DNA of 64,000 bases from Octopus vulgaris (Eukaryota): positions 22,258,001-22,322,000 of the forward strand of contig OX597834.1 of the NCBI GenBank assembly GCA_951406725.2, read 5' to 3'. A model generated the notes under the pieces. It made no database searches. It saw only the letters and a program-made list of their open reading frames with translations, and was not told where the DNA came from. The translations under genes were made by a program, and so were the position numbers. Below are positions 63,301-64,000 of this stretch, in pieces. Within the stretch, counting starts at the first letter, position 1. Every line of letters begins with the position of its first letter.

Positions 63301-63465
63301 AAACCAAAGCTTAAATTCTCTCCTTTGATTCTGTATAATTCAAAGAGGGTAGGGGTCTCCCCTTTCATTCCCCCTTGGTCCCCCCCCCCTCACACGCACA
63401 CACAGGTTTAGGCTTTCACTAGCCTTATTATTTATGACTTAAGAAATTGCTGTCTGTACCCCCCC

Positions 63466-63515
<50 letters not shown>

Positions 63516-63747
63516 AATGTTTGTTTTATATCTCTATCAGTTAATGCAGTTTTTATGTAGCCCCCCCCCCTCCATCATCATCATTTTTATTATTACTATT
63601 ATTATTTCTGCTCCTACTATTATCATTACTACTATTTTTACTTTTATTATTATTATTATTAGGTTTTGTGCCTGTTGTAGAATTATTTTATATGTGTTAT
63701 TATTGCTAATATTATTATTATCACTACCACTGTTATTATATCATAAT

Positions 63748-63788
<41 letters not shown>

Positions 63789-63870
63789 TTGCTTCTGATA
63801 TCAATGATTTGTTGGAACGGTGCCAACCCAGCATTTAGCAGCAGCAGATATAACTCTGCCTTGAAAACAA

Positions 63871-63910
63871 AATATATACATATATGTATATATATATATG
63901 TATATATATG

Positions 63911-63963
<53 letters not shown>

Positions 63964-64000
63964 GTATATATATATATGTATATATATATATGTATATATA
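63871..64000. repeat. (TA)n with periodic TG
   Basis: Visible directly in the sequence; runs off the window end. Confidence 0.95.

Overview
This is eukaryotic, AT-rich, microsatellite-saturated DNA that looks intronic or intergenic. The repeat families and the (TA)n/(CA)n/(ATT)n load point to an octopus/coleoid cephalopod genome (inferred from recalled repeat families, not from a search). No confident host protein-coding gene, rRNA, tRNA or CRISPR array is visible, and nearly all ORFs in the track are translations of microsatellites or SINEs. The window is a nested mosaic: (i) tRNA-derived SINE family A, with a CORE-like body and two alternative tails; (ii) SINE family B, with two alternative tails and head-to-tail arrays in (ATT)n; (iii) a headless (GAT)n-tailed retroposon, family C; (iv) older retroposon families G and H; (v) TTAA-flanked piggyBac-type MITEs (D1, D2, E), repeatedly nested in each other; (vi) hAT- and Tc1/mariner-type MITEs and foldback palindromes; (vii) an RTE/BovB LINE 3' fragment; (viii) Penelope-like fragments carrying minimal hammerhead ribozyme motifs. 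The most notable observations are the variant hammerhead (61145-61181), a perfect hairpin pairing a consensus 5' splice site with a U1-like complement (33068-33094), MITE-spacer-MITE units with homologous spacers 12 kb apart, two different MITEs inserted at the same TTAA of D1, and SINE tail-to-body foldbacks. Family letters are my own labels and coordinates of degenerate repeats are approximate.
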